This document shows positions 27,185 to 36,671 of a stretch of 64,000 nt of DNA, in pieces; the first letter of the stretch is position 1, and each line of letters starts with the position of its first letter. Origin of the DNA: a candidate division FCPU426 bacterium (GTDB lineage Bacteria > Oederibacteriota > Muellerivitia > Muellerivitales > Muellerivitaceae). Location: assembly GCA_963738405.1 (NCBI GenBank), contig CAVTWJ010000009.1, forward strand, positions 128,001 through 192,000, read 5' to 3'. A program made the position numbers and the translations under genes. Under the pieces are notes generated by a model. It was not told the DNA's origin. It worked only from the letters and a program-made list of their open reading frames with translations, and did no database searches.

Positions 27185-28462
27185 TTATTTGGAGGCTGGA
27201 TGGAGGGCTTCAACGCCATCTAAGTAGGGCCGTAATACCTCGGGGATTACTACCGAACCGTCCTTCTGCTGGTAATTTTCAAGTACGGCCAGCCAGGTTC
27301 TGCCTACCGCCAAACCCGAACCATTCAAGGTGTGAACCAGTTCGGGCTTACCCCCGCTTGCCCGCTTCACCTTGATGGCACCCCTTCGAGCCTGGAAATC
27401 GGTGCAGTTGGAACAGCTGGAGATTTCACGGAAGGCGTTTTGGCTAGGGAGCCAAACTTCCAAGTCGTAAGTTTTGGTAGAGCTGAAGCTTTTATCACCG
27501 GTGGCCAATACCATAACCCGGTAGGGAAGACCTAACGCCTTTAATACGTCCTCCGCGTCAGAGGTTAACTGTTCCAGAGCCTCCATGCTCTTGTCGGGTT
27601 CCACGAATTGAAACAACTCCACCTTGTTGAACTGATGCAATCGGATAAGCCCTTTGGTGTCCTTGCCGTAGCTTCCCGCTTCCCTTCGGTAGCAGGGGGT
27701 ATGGGACATGTACTTTTTAGGTAACGCACCGGCAGAAAAGGTTTCTCCCCGGTGCAGATTGGCGAGGGAGACCTCGGCCGTGGGGATTAGGTAGTAGCCG
27801 TCCTTCTCTACGGCGAATGCCTGCTCAATGAATTTGGGGAATTGGCCGGACATTTCCATAGACTGGTAATTCACCAGGTGTGGAACCACCATTTCCTGGT
27901 AGCCCTTTTGGGTATGCAGGTCGAGCATGAAATGGGCAAGTGCCCGCTCCAGTTTGGCGCCCAACCCGGAAAGGATAAAGAAGCGGGCTCCGGAAATCTT
28001 GGCGGCCCGTTCAAAATCGAGGATGCCGAGGTTTGTCCCTATTTCATCGTGGCTTTGTGGTTTGAAGTCGAAGGTGCGGGGATTACCCACCTTTCGGATT
28101 TCCTGGTTACACTCCTCACCCCCGACGGGGACGGAGGGATGGGGTAGGTTGCAGACCTGAAGCTCGATCTCGTGAAAATCCTTTTCGACCGAGGCGATCT
28201 CGCCGTCCATCTGCTTGATCTCGTCAGAAAGTTCCTTGAGTTTGGCCTGAAAGGGGGAGATATCTTTCCCTTCCTTTTTCAATTTTCCCATCTCTTCGGA
28301 AGCCTGGTTCAACCGGGCCTTTCGCTTGTCGACGGAAACCATTAAGTCCCGGCGACGGCGCTCCAGGTCCAAGTAAAGGGAAAGGTCGACTTTGGATTTG
28401 CAGTCTTCAAGGGCCTTGCGGACCTCGGCTTCGTGTTCGCGGACATATTTCGGATCAAGCAT
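27185..28462 (-). CDS. serS: Seryl-tRNA synthetase
   Basis: YLIPTAEV, RREAGSYG, LHQFNKVE, EISSCSNC, HTLNGSGLAVGR. Confidence 0.97.
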   Translation of the reverse strand: MLDPKYVREHEAEVRKALEDCKSKVDLSLYLDLERRRRDLMVSVDKRKARLNQASEEMGKLKKEGKDISPFQAKLKELSDEIKQMDGEIASVEKDFHEIELQVCNLPHPSVPVGGEECNQEIRKVGNPRTFDFKPQSHDEIGTNLGILDFERAAKISGARFFILSGLGAKLERALAHFMLDLHTQKGYQEMVVPHLVNYQSMEMSGQFPKFIEQAFAVEKDGYYLIPTAEVSLANLHRGETFSAGALPKKYMSHTPCYRREAGSYGKDTKGLIRLHQFNKVELFQFVEPDKSMEALEQLTSDAEDVLKALGLPYRVMVLATGDKSFSSTKTYDLEVWLPSQNAFREISSCSNCTDFQARRGAIKVKRASGGKPELVHTLNGSGLAVGRTWLAVLENYQQKDGSVVIPEVLRPYLDGVEALHPASK

Positions 28463-28771
28463 GGGTTCTCCCGGTGAAATGGAGGGGTTATTGTAAACAG
28501 GAGGGATGGGGAAAGAAATTTTTTTTTAACCCGGCGGGATCCGATGGAAACCAGCGAACAAAGGAAAACATAGTGTTTGGTATCCATTTATTCGTGATTT
28601 AATGATTTATGAGTGAAAACAAATTGGGAAAGAGAAGACGGTATACTGTTTTGATCGAGCTTCCCAATATATAAGGGTTATGGAGGATGGATGAAATAAC
28701 TGTGAAGATAAGTGGTATGCTTCGAACCCGGCAGTTTAATATCCATTGGTTTGAACAAAGAGAAAGAGTCT

Positions 28772-29239
28772 ATGCCAATATCAGAAACCGTAAAATTAGG
28801 AAAGAATGTTTCCATACCTCAACCTGGCTTGGTCAATCTATACGGCTGTGATATCGGAGACTATACGAAAATTGGAGCTTTTGTTGAGATTCAAAAGGGG
28901 GTAAGGGTAGGTCGGTTATGCAAGATTAGCAGTCATAGTTTTCTTTGTGAAGGCGTTACCCTGGAAGAACGGGTGTTTGTAGGACATGGAGTTATGTTTA
29001 TCAATGATCGTTATCCCCGTTCTGCGGTAGGGATTAGACTGCAAACTGAAGAGGATTGGAAAATGATTCCAACACTTGTCAAAGAAGGGGCCTCTTTGGG
29101 AAGTGGTGTCATTGTTCTTTGCGGGATCACCATCGGCAAAGATTCGATGATTGGGGCGGGTGCGGTAGTTACTCGCGATGTTCCGGATTTCGCAATCGTT
29201 CGAGGGGTTCCAGGCCGGATTTTCGGAAGCGTAAGATAA
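28772..29239 (+). CDS. Hexapeptide-repeat sugar N-acetyltransferase (WbpD/FdtC-like)
   Basis: KIGAFVEIQ, VMFINDRYPR, IGAGAVVTRDVP; likely start MPISETV. Confidence 0.85.
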   Translation: MPISETVKLGKNVSIPQPGLVNLYGCDIGDYTKIGAFVEIQKGVRVGRLCKISSHSFLCEGVTLEERVFVGHGVMFINDRYPRSAVGIRLQTEEDWKMIPTLVKEGASLGSGVIVLCGITIGKDSMIGAGAVVTRDVPDFAIVRGVPGRIFGSVR

Positions 29240-29435
29240 ATTGCATAAACTTATATGAAATCAAAAACACCAATTCGTCTTTTTTCAGGGGAAACAGCCC
29301 CGGGCAGAAGTTCAAAACTTTACATCCTGCTTAGACCTCATATAGAATTTAAAATGGCAAGGGCCTGTTATCTGGAATTTTCGATTTAAAAGACTTATCA
29401 ATTCAGTTTAATTTTCTTCCTAAACGAAAGGTTTT

Positions 29436-32126
29436 ATGCCTTCCAATCGCCCCCCAAAACGCAAAGCGACTCTAAAGGATCAACCTTCTGAAAACGAAAG
29501 CAAGATTGAAGTTTCCAACCCTGACTTAGATAGGGGTTTAAAGCCAGCTCCCAATAAATGGATCGTATTATCCTTGATCCTTTTGGCGATTTTACTGGTT
29601 GGGAAGGGCCGGCTATTATTCGGCGAAGTCATTATGGGAGCCGTCGTTTTATTTTTAATATTTCCCTTACGCTTACCGAGTATGGCGAAACGGAAAGAAC
29701 AGCTTCCCTCATCCCCTGGATTGACCTGGCTTCCAATCTTTTGTTTGGCATTATTTTGGCTCGGATTTGCACTTGAATTGGCGAGTTTCCCCAATCATCT
29801 ATGGATGTTCCCGTCCATTCCTCAGTTTCCCTTCCCCCAATCTCAAGCCTTACTTTTAACCTGTTTCGTCGGAATGATTTTTTCCATGAAATATTTAAAT
29901 CCGATCGCGAAGATGGAAGATATGCCAGTCAAGCTGGCTTGGGTCTTTTTGTTTGTTTTTATGGTCTGCGGGTCGTTTCTCCAGCTTTATCAGTGGCAAA
30001 CACCTTTTGGCTCGTATTGGAATGATCAAACGATGGAAATTGCCGCGGCAAGGAGTGTTTTTGATTTAGATGATTATCGATCCGCTTTTGTCCTCCATTC
30101 GGGTCATGGAATTTCAACAGCTCCAATATGGTCGATGGTCTTTTTATGGCACTTATTTCCCAATGCCAATGGGTTCTTAATACAAAGGCTCGTGACCACT
30201 TTGGTTGATTTGTTGGGTATGTTTATTCTTTATATGTTAGGCAAAGAACTAGGCGGGAGGCGAATAGGTGTTTTCGCCGTTGGATTAGCCGCGGTGAGTA
30301 AGCCCCTCATCATAAAATCTTTGGGAAACATACAATCCGTCGAAATGCCGATGGTGGAAGCGTTGGTGTTATGGTTATTGTTGCGTGCAATTAGGAAACC
30401 AACTTTAGTCAATTTTGTTTTTTGGGGGTTATCAGTTTCATTAGGGGTGTATGTTTATTCGGTTTTCAGACCTTTTGTCCTCTTTTTCTTCATCGCGGGA
30501 GCGGTCCTTATTTGGTTTGAGCATCCAGAAGAACGAAAATTCGATAAGTCGATCGGAATTTGGATCGGAAGCACATTCTTTTTCTTTATAACTTATCTTT
30601 TGTATATGAATGGTTTATTTGTTGTTGATAATTGGTTATCTCGAATCATTGACGTTTCGGGTTCCTGGCTTCCGTGTATGGTCATGGCTCTCCTATTGAT
30701 GTACCTATCGGTGAATAGGTTGAAAATGAAAAAATTATCAGCTCATCCATCTTGGATGGGTTGGACTGCAGCTGCCTGGATCTGTATTTTTCTGACTTTT
30801 CCAGTTTTTTCCGAACCTTTTTTGCGAGACCAGCTTTTGGAGACGAATTCGGTCGGAGCCCATGGGTTTAATGTTATTTTTGATCCATTCCAAACCCTAA
30901 GAGATTTAGTGCTGAGCATGCAAGATTCGGCTGCTTACAATATCCCGGGTGATTCCTTTTTTAGTTATTTAGAAATTGTTGTTGGGGTTCTTGGAATCGC
31001 TTGGGTGATAGCTAGGCCCAATTTGATAAATCTTTTTCTTCTCGCGTCCTTTTTGGCTGGAATCGCGCCCTATCTCTTTGCGGCCAAACCAACCCACAGT
31101 TTAAAATTGATGAATTGCCTCCCGCCCTTATTGTTGATGAGCGGATTGGCCTTGGATCAGGTATGGGGATTTTTTTCAAAAAGCTCTTTTCGACGGATGA
31201 TTCAAATTGGACTAGGGATTCTATTCCTGGCTTTTTGGGCCTGGTCGGGCCAAAAGGTTTTCGACAGGATTTACCGCCAATGGTCAATTCAATGGGTTGG
31301 GTACGATACCTTAGATTTCTTGGAGGCCCGCAAAGCCCAACAAAAAGGCGATCGAGTTTTTGTGGCGGGTTACCATTCTGATAGCAGCAGTCCCTATGTG
31401 TTGTTTGAAAGGAATCCCGTTTACACGCTTCATCCAAGCAACACCCTTTATATGGGGCCGCATGATCCACCCCAAAATTTGGAGATAATCCTTTGGCCGA
31501 CCGATTTGGAAATGAAGAAAAAAATTCAATCCATTTTCCCCTCGGTTGCCTGGGAAAATATTTACAACAATCCTAACCACGAACCAAATGTTGAGACCGC
31601 CGATAATTTCATTGTTTCTCATTGCGAAATTCCTTTCGATCTTCTCGCAAAGTCCCCTCAAACACTTTTTGCAGTGCAAACGACATCGGAGCCAAATTGG
31701 ACCAGGGAATTTTCGGTCGGTAGTTTTGGTTTGAGTATGGCGGTCATCGACTGGGAGGATAAAACCCCGTTTGCCCAGGACCCGATTCCTCCCCAAGTTG
31801 ATTTAACGGATGAGCTGGTACGTTATTCGGCAACGATCAATATCACACGGGAAGGGGACTATGAGATTACAGGAACCACTTCCAACAGGACGCGAATGAG
31901 CCTAGATGAGCATCCATTTATCGATCTTCGATTTTCTAGGACCAGCAATTATTCTTATCAAGGGCCGGATAAAGTGCAGTCGAAAAGGGTTTACCTCCAC
32001 GCGGGCCCCCACACCGTGGAGGTGACAACTCTTTTTCAAAGGTCGAAGGCCCCTCCTGCGGTCTCGATACATCTCAAGGGCGACCCGAGCCCTCCCCGTT
32101 CATTGTGGTCTGGCTTTGTTTTTTAG
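29436..32126 (+). CDS. ArnT/PMT (GT39-like) membrane glycosyltransferase with C-terminal PA14-like domain
   Basis: Multi-TM; YWND, LGKELGG, LGVYVYSVFR; C-terminal GDYEI...LHAGPHTVEV. Confidence 0.7.
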   Translation: MPSNRPPKRKATLKDQPSENESKIEVSNPDLDRGLKPAPNKWIVLSLILLAILLVGKGRLLFGEVIMGAVVLFLIFPLRLPSMAKRKEQLPSSPGLTWLPIFCLALFWLGFALELASFPNHLWMFPSIPQFPFPQSQALLLTCFVGMIFSMKYLNPIAKMEDMPVKLAWVFLFVFMVCGSFLQLYQWQTPFGSYWNDQTMEIAAARSVFDLDDYRSAFVLHSGHGISTAPIWSMVFLWHLFPNANGFLIQRLVTTLVDLLGMFILYMLGKELGGRRIGVFAVGLAAVSKPLIIKSLGNIQSVEMPMVEALVLWLLLRAIRKPTLVNFVFWGLSVSLGVYVYSVFRPFVLFFFIAGAVLIWFEHPEERKFDKSIGIWIGSTFFFFITYLLYMNGLFVVDNWLSRIIDVSGSWLPCMVMALLLMYLSVNRLKMKKLSAHPSWMGWTAAAWICIFLTFPVFSEPFLRDQLLETNSVGAHGFNVIFDPFQTLRDLVLSMQDSAAYNIPGDSFFSYLEIVVGVLGIAWVIARPNLINLFLLASFLAGIAPYLFAAKPTHSLKLMNCLPPLLLMSGLALDQVWGFFSKSSFRRMIQIGLGILFLAFWAWSGQKVFDRIYRQWSIQWVGYDTLDFLEARKAQQKGDRVFVAGYHSDSSSPYVLFERNPVYTLHPSNTLYMGPHDPPQNLEIILWPTDLEMKKKIQSIFPSVAWENIYNNPNHEPNVETADNFIVSHCEIPFDLLAKSPQTLFAVQTTSEPNWTREFSVGSFGLSMAVIDWEDKTPFAQDPIPPQVDLTDELVRYSATINITREGDYEITGTTSNRTRMSLDEHPFIDLRFSRTSNYSYQGPDKVQSKRVYLHAGPHTVEVTTLFQRSKAPPAVSIHLKGDPSPPRSLWSGFVF

Positions 32127-32211
32127 AAATGGACAGATCCAAGCGACAGATAAATTTTCTGGAATGGGCGGTATCTTCATTGAAATATAACGGTTTAAAT
32201 TTTAATAAGAA

Positions 32212-33291
32212 TCAATTTTGGAAATCGACCTTACCCTTGGAAAAAAAAAGAGGTTTGGGATCAAACTGGTTCCTGAAAGGGAACCGAGCTTTTTTTAGAT
32301 AATCGATGGCGAAGATTTGGTTGCCATAGGGCCAAATTATCTTGCCTAAGATCTTTCCATCCCCAAGCCTTACCGCCACCACACCGCACCGACTTTTTTG
32401 ATGGCTTAGTCCCGGGGCATAGGCATGGAATCTGGGAAGAACACGGGAAATCCCGACGAAGAGGACATCCTCAATGAAGCAAAGACCCCGGGTCCACCCC
32501 TCCAGTTGAACCAGCGGATGAAAAAAGCCCTCCTTGATCCGACCGACCTGTCCGTACCCGCTGTTATCCACCCACAATTCCTTGCCGTGAAGACGGGCCG
32601 AGTGAGGACGGGTTAACCCGAAGGCCATGGGCTCACGCGATTTTCCTGAAAAAATGACGCCGGTTCCATCGACGGGAAAATCCGGGTCCCCAGGGACCTT
32701 CGTGAGCATGCGGTCACTGGAGGCGGAAAAGAAGGAATCGGACAACGTTTTTCCTGCGGCGATGGAATTTAATTGCAGGTGGTTTTGATGAAAAACAGGT
32801 TTGGTTTTTTCAATGCATCGGGGCCACCAAACCCTCTGGGCCTCCCGGTCATAACCCAAACGGACAACTGCATTGTGGCCCACCGCGTTTCCATATAGAT
32901 CTTCTTGGATCAGGGCCAAATCATGCAAATAAAGCGATCCTGGCAGCACCTTGATTCGAGAGGGAAAAAGTGTTTCGCCCTTCAGTTCCATCAAAAGGTT
33001 GGGATTCCGGGTGCAGGCGATATGAACCGTATGCCGTTTCCAGTCCACCGCGAGCCCAGAAGGATGGGGGAGAGGGAGCCAGGAAGTTTCTTTTGGGCCC
33101 AGGGCAAGGACCAAATGCTCGTATTCACGGGTAACCAAAAGGGTGACATCCAACCTTTTAAGGGTTTCTTTCCAGCCCCGATCCGCTTTGGATTCAAGGA
33201 CTTTGGGGTTAGTGTCTAGCCCAGTCCATAAACCGAAGGCCTGGGCTGGTTCCCGAAAAAGGGAATTCTGTATTTTGTGAAGGGTACTCAT
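32212..33291 (-). CDS. TIGR03032/DUF4915 family beta-propeller protein
   Basis: GLTRPHSAR, LWVDNSGYG, GWTRGL; start MSTLHK overlaps the upstream stop (ATGA). Confidence 0.75.
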   Translation of the reverse strand: MSTLHKIQNSLFREPAQAFGLWTGLDTNPKVLESKADRGWKETLKRLDVTLLVTREYEHLVLALGPKETSWLPLPHPSGLAVDWKRHTVHIACTRNPNLLMELKGETLFPSRIKVLPGSLYLHDLALIQEDLYGNAVGHNAVVRLGYDREAQRVWWPRCIEKTKPVFHQNHLQLNSIAAGKTLSDSFFSASSDRMLTKVPGDPDFPVDGTGVIFSGKSREPMAFGLTRPHSARLHGKELWVDNSGYGQVGRIKEGFFHPLVQLEGWTRGLCFIEDVLFVGISRVLPRFHAYAPGLSHQKSRCGVVAVRLGDGKILGKIIWPYGNQIFAIDYLKKARFPFRNQFDPKPLFFSKGKVDFQN

Positions 33292-33965
33292 TTCATGACC
33301 CCGCGAAGCTGAAAGGCGCCTTGGTACATTCGCAATGCGCTCTTGAAGCCGGTGGTGGATTTGCCCCCGTGGCGGCTCCAGCCGGTCTGGGGAAGTTCGA
33401 GGATGGGTATCTTTAACCTCGCGCAATGGGCTAAAAGCTCGGCGTCCATTAAATCTCCTGGCGAAATCAATTCGATCTGTTTTAGAAGCTGGCGGGAAAA
33501 CATTTTGGGAGTACCGTTCACGTCATGACAGGTCACGCCGAATAAGAGCCTGCATTCCAGGTTGTAAAGGGCGGAGCCCATCTCTCTCAAAAAATGGTGG
33601 CGTTCATACCGAGAAACCTTAGCCAATCCCCCGGCATTTTTTTTTAACAGATTAAATAGGAGGGGAAGGGTCGTTGGATCGGTTCGCGCCGAATTGGCAT
33701 ATGAAACAAATTTCCCCCGGCAGGCCTTTAAGCCCACCCGTACCGAAAGGCCCCAGCCTCCCGGAGGATTTTCCACTACCCGGACGGATTTGTGCTTTTT
33801 CGCGATGAATTGGCAGATGCGGGGGGAATTGTCCGTGCAGGCGTTGGGAACCAGGATGTATTCCCATTTCCGGCCCTTTAATTGGGCAAGATAGTTTTGA
33901 ACGACGCCGCCGATATGATCCGCCTGATTCCTCACGGGAAGCACGACGGATAATTCAGGGACCAT
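33288..33965 (-). CDS. GT2 glycosyltransferase (divergent)
   Basis: LSVVLPVRNQ, GWGLSVRVG, DVNGTPK. Confidence 0.8.
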   Translation of the reverse strand: MVPELSVVLPVRNQADHIGGVVQNYLAQLKGRKWEYILVPNACTDNSPRICQFIAKKHKSVRVVENPPGGWGLSVRVGLKACRGKFVSYANSARTDPTTLPLLFNLLKKNAGGLAKVSRYERHHFLREMGSALYNLECRLLFGVTCHDVNGTPKMFSRQLLKQIELISPGDLMDAELLAHCARLKIPILELPQTGWSRHGGKSTTGFKSALRMYQGAFQLRGVMK

Positions 33966-33967
33966 AC

Positions 33968-34879
33968 TTAGTTTTTGCCCAGAAGGGATCGAATTTCGTC
34001 CTCAAGTGCCACGGGTCCAATCCCAGCGTGATCGCACATAAACCGGCGGGAACCGGTCACTCCCAGCGGAATGGTCCGAACGGCCATGGATTTAAAGACC
34101 GCGGGATGACCGGAGGCCGCCAGGGTCTCGGCAATCAAGGAACCCAATCCACCTTGGGCATAGTGTTCCTCAATCGAAATCACGGCTTTGAAATTCTTAA
34201 TCAATTGAAGGAGGGATCCGGTGGGCGCTGGATTGAGTGTTGAAACGATCCCAACCGTTCCCTTTTTGAGTCTTGTGGATACTTCCACAACCTCCGGAGC
34301 CAGGGAGCCCGTCGTCAACAAAAGAACTTCTTCGCCCTGGCCGATGGTTTCGACCGTTGCAAATGAAAATCTTCCGTTCAATCCCGGGACCTCGGCGTCT
34401 CCGCCCTTGCCGATCCGGTAATAAACAGGTCCCATGTGGTCAAATGTCGCTCGGATCGCCGTCCGGGTTTGGGCGGGATCGGCCGGGGCGATGACGACCA
34501 GACCTGGCTGGGTTCGCATGATGGAAAAATCCTCCAGGGCGTAGTGGGTAATTCCCGCATGTCCATAGGCGAAGCCCCCGCCGATGCCAATGACACGGAC
34601 CGGAAGCCGGTGCAGACTGGGTCCATTGCGAATCTGTTCGTAACCGCGCATGGAGGCGAAGGTGGCGATGGAATATACATAGGGGATCCAGCCTTCGCAG
34701 GCCAAACCGGTGGCTAGTCCGATCATATTGGCTTCCGCCACACCCACGTTGATGAACCGATTGGGGAAAGTTTTCGCAAATTTTTCCAATACCGTAAAGC
34801 CCAGATCCCCCGTGAGAAGACAGATCCTCTTATCTTTCTCGGCTAGTTCCATGAGGGTTTCGATGAAGGCGGTTCTCAC
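33968..34879 (-). CDS. Transketolase-like protein, C-terminal subunit
   Basis: NVGVAEANM, GITHYALED, IEEHYAQGGLGS. Confidence 0.9.
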   Translation of the reverse strand: MRTAFIETLMELAEKDKRICLLTGDLGFTVLEKFAKTFPNRFINVGVAEANMIGLATGLACEGWIPYVYSIATFASMRGYEQIRNGPSLHRLPVRVIGIGGGFAYGHAGITHYALEDFSIMRTQPGLVVIAPADPAQTRTAIRATFDHMGPVYYRIGKGGDAEVPGLNGRFSFATVETIGQGEEVLLLTTGSLAPEVVEVSTRLKKGTVGIVSTLNPAPTGSLLQLIKNFKAVISIEEHYAQGGLGSLIAETLAASGHPAVFKSMAVRTIPLGVTGSRRFMCDHAGIGPVALEDEIRSLLGKN

Positions 34880-35649
34880 GCTTGTTTCTCCAATTCAGAC
34901 AGGGCCTGGCGTGTTTGTTCAGAAGTGAGGGGGAAATAATGCCATTCCAGCTTGCCTTCCATAAAGGAAACGCCTTTACCGGCCACGGTGCGGGCCACGA
35001 TGGCCAAGGGCTTGTCCCCGTGAAAAGTTAGGGCCTCTTCCAAGGCTCGGAGGTCATGCCCATCTACTGTCCGGGCGTCCCACCCAAAAGCCTTCAACCG
35101 GTTCTCCAGGGGTTGCAGATCGAGGATGTCCCGGGTCGGCCCCATGGCCTGCATGCCGTTATCATCAATAATCATGATGAGATTGGTCAGCTTGTGTTGG
35201 GCCGCGAACATGACCGCTTCCCAGATGGAACCCTCGTTGCATTCGGCGTCGCTGACGAGCACATAGACTTTCCAGGCCGATCCCCGCTTTTGAGACGAAA
35301 GCGCCATGCCCGCACCCACCGACAAACCCATTCCCAGAGATCCGGTCGAGATTTCAATGCCGGGGGTCCCAAATTCGGGATGGACCCCGAGGGCCGAGCC
35401 CTCCTTGCAGAATGTTTCCAATTCTTCCTGTGTGATCAGCCCTTTTATTCGAAGTGCCGCATACTGGGCCAGGGCGGCATGGCCTTTGGAAAGAATAAAG
35501 CGGTCGCGGTCAGGCCCGGGAAAGTTTTGGAGAATTTTGCCGTAGAGAAGAGAAAGGATATCGCAAATGCAGAGAGCCGAAGAAATATGGCCCACTTTTG
35601 CCAACAGGGAAGTCTCGATTACGATTCGACGCAGATCGTTTCCGGTCAT
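34876..35649 (-). CDS. Transketolase-like protein, N-terminal subunit
   Basis: DRFILSKGH, STGSLGMG, SDAECNEGSIWEA. Confidence 0.9.
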   Translation of the reverse strand: MTGNDLRRIVIETSLLAKVGHISSALCICDILSLLYGKILQNFPGPDRDRFILSKGHAALAQYAALRIKGLITQEELETFCKEGSALGVHPEFGTPGIEISTGSLGMGLSVGAGMALSSQKRGSAWKVYVLVSDAECNEGSIWEAVMFAAQHKLTNLIMIIDDNGMQAMGPTRDILDLQPLENRLKAFGWDARTVDGHDLRALEEALTFHGDKPLAIVARTVAGKGVSFMEGKLEWHYFPLTSEQTRQALSELEKQA

Positions 35650-35692
35650 GCCCGCCGCCTCGTCTGAATTTGATTTGAATCAGGAAAGACCG

Positions 35693-36622
35693 TTACCGCC
35701 AAAAGTTTTCATAATTCAATATTTGAAGCCAGGGGCCGGCCCGCTGGGCCACCTCCGCGCGCTCACTTTCAGTTAATTCTTTGGCCGTGGCGAGATTGGC
35801 CTCAGGGGTAGGGGTGCGGATCGTGCCCCAGGGATAGACGGTCGTGAGAGGTTGGCTGTTCCAAGTGGGTTTGGCTAGTGTTGGCGAAGGTTTCAATCCA
35901 ACCTTTTGGCAGAATTCGCCGAGGACTTTTTCAGGGTCCTGAATGATGTCCTCGAACCGGAGGACATGAACCCGTTTGGGTTCGCGGTCCCTCCACATCA
36001 GGGCGTAATACTGGCAAAGGGTCCAGCCGATCATGTAGTGCTCAAGAGAAAGAGGAACTGCGCGCTTTTTGGTGTCGGCAAAGGCGGACCAGGGATTACG
36101 GACGATGTGGAGCATATGGCCATCCGGCAGGTCGGCCATGATCTTGGCCGCATCCACAACAAGAATCGGACTGTAGCCTAGGAAAGCCTGAGGATCGGAG
36201 GGCTTCTTGTAATCTTTCCAAGCTTCAAAGGTTGCCTTGAAAAAGGTCTCGACCAGATTTCCCCTTGTGCGGGGCATTTTGGACATTAAATCGATAAAGA
36301 TTTTTTTCCGTTCTTCATCATCCAACTGCATGGGCGTGTCGCGGAATTTGCTCGATTGCGGGGTGCGATATCGAACCTTTCCCTCTTCATCAATGATGGC
36401 GTGATAATCCCCGGACAGGGAGGCGCTTAAATCAAATACTGGCCAGCGATATTTTTGAGGAAAAGTGGTCTCAAAATGATCCCGAACCAGCTTGGACCCT
36501 AATTGGGATTCGAAAGGATAAACATACAATTGAGGATGGCCGTCCAACAACCGATGGGTGGTGTTTCCACCATTTTCATACATGGCGGAAATCATGATGA
36601 GTTTCAGTTTTTGATTATCCAT
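35693..36622 (-). CDS. Sulfotransferase-fold protein
   Basis: LLDGHP, LHIVRNP, LRFEDIIQDPE. Confidence 0.7.
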   Translation of the reverse strand: MDNQKLKLIMISAMYENGGNTTHRLLDGHPQLYVYPFESQLGSKLVRDHFETTFPQKYRWPVFDLSASLSGDYHAIIDEEGKVRYRTPQSSKFRDTPMQLDDEERKKIFIDLMSKMPRTRGNLVETFFKATFEAWKDYKKPSDPQAFLGYSPILVVDAAKIMADLPDGHMLHIVRNPWSAFADTKKRAVPLSLEHYMIGWTLCQYYALMWRDREPKRVHVLRFEDIIQDPEKVLGEFCQKVGLKPSPTLAKPTWNSQPLTTVYPWGTIRTPTPEANLATAKELTESERAEVAQRAGPWLQILNYENFWR

Positions 36623-36671
36623 AAAGTTGTGTTGAACTTTATCAATGGTTCAGAATGCTGTCAACCTGGAA

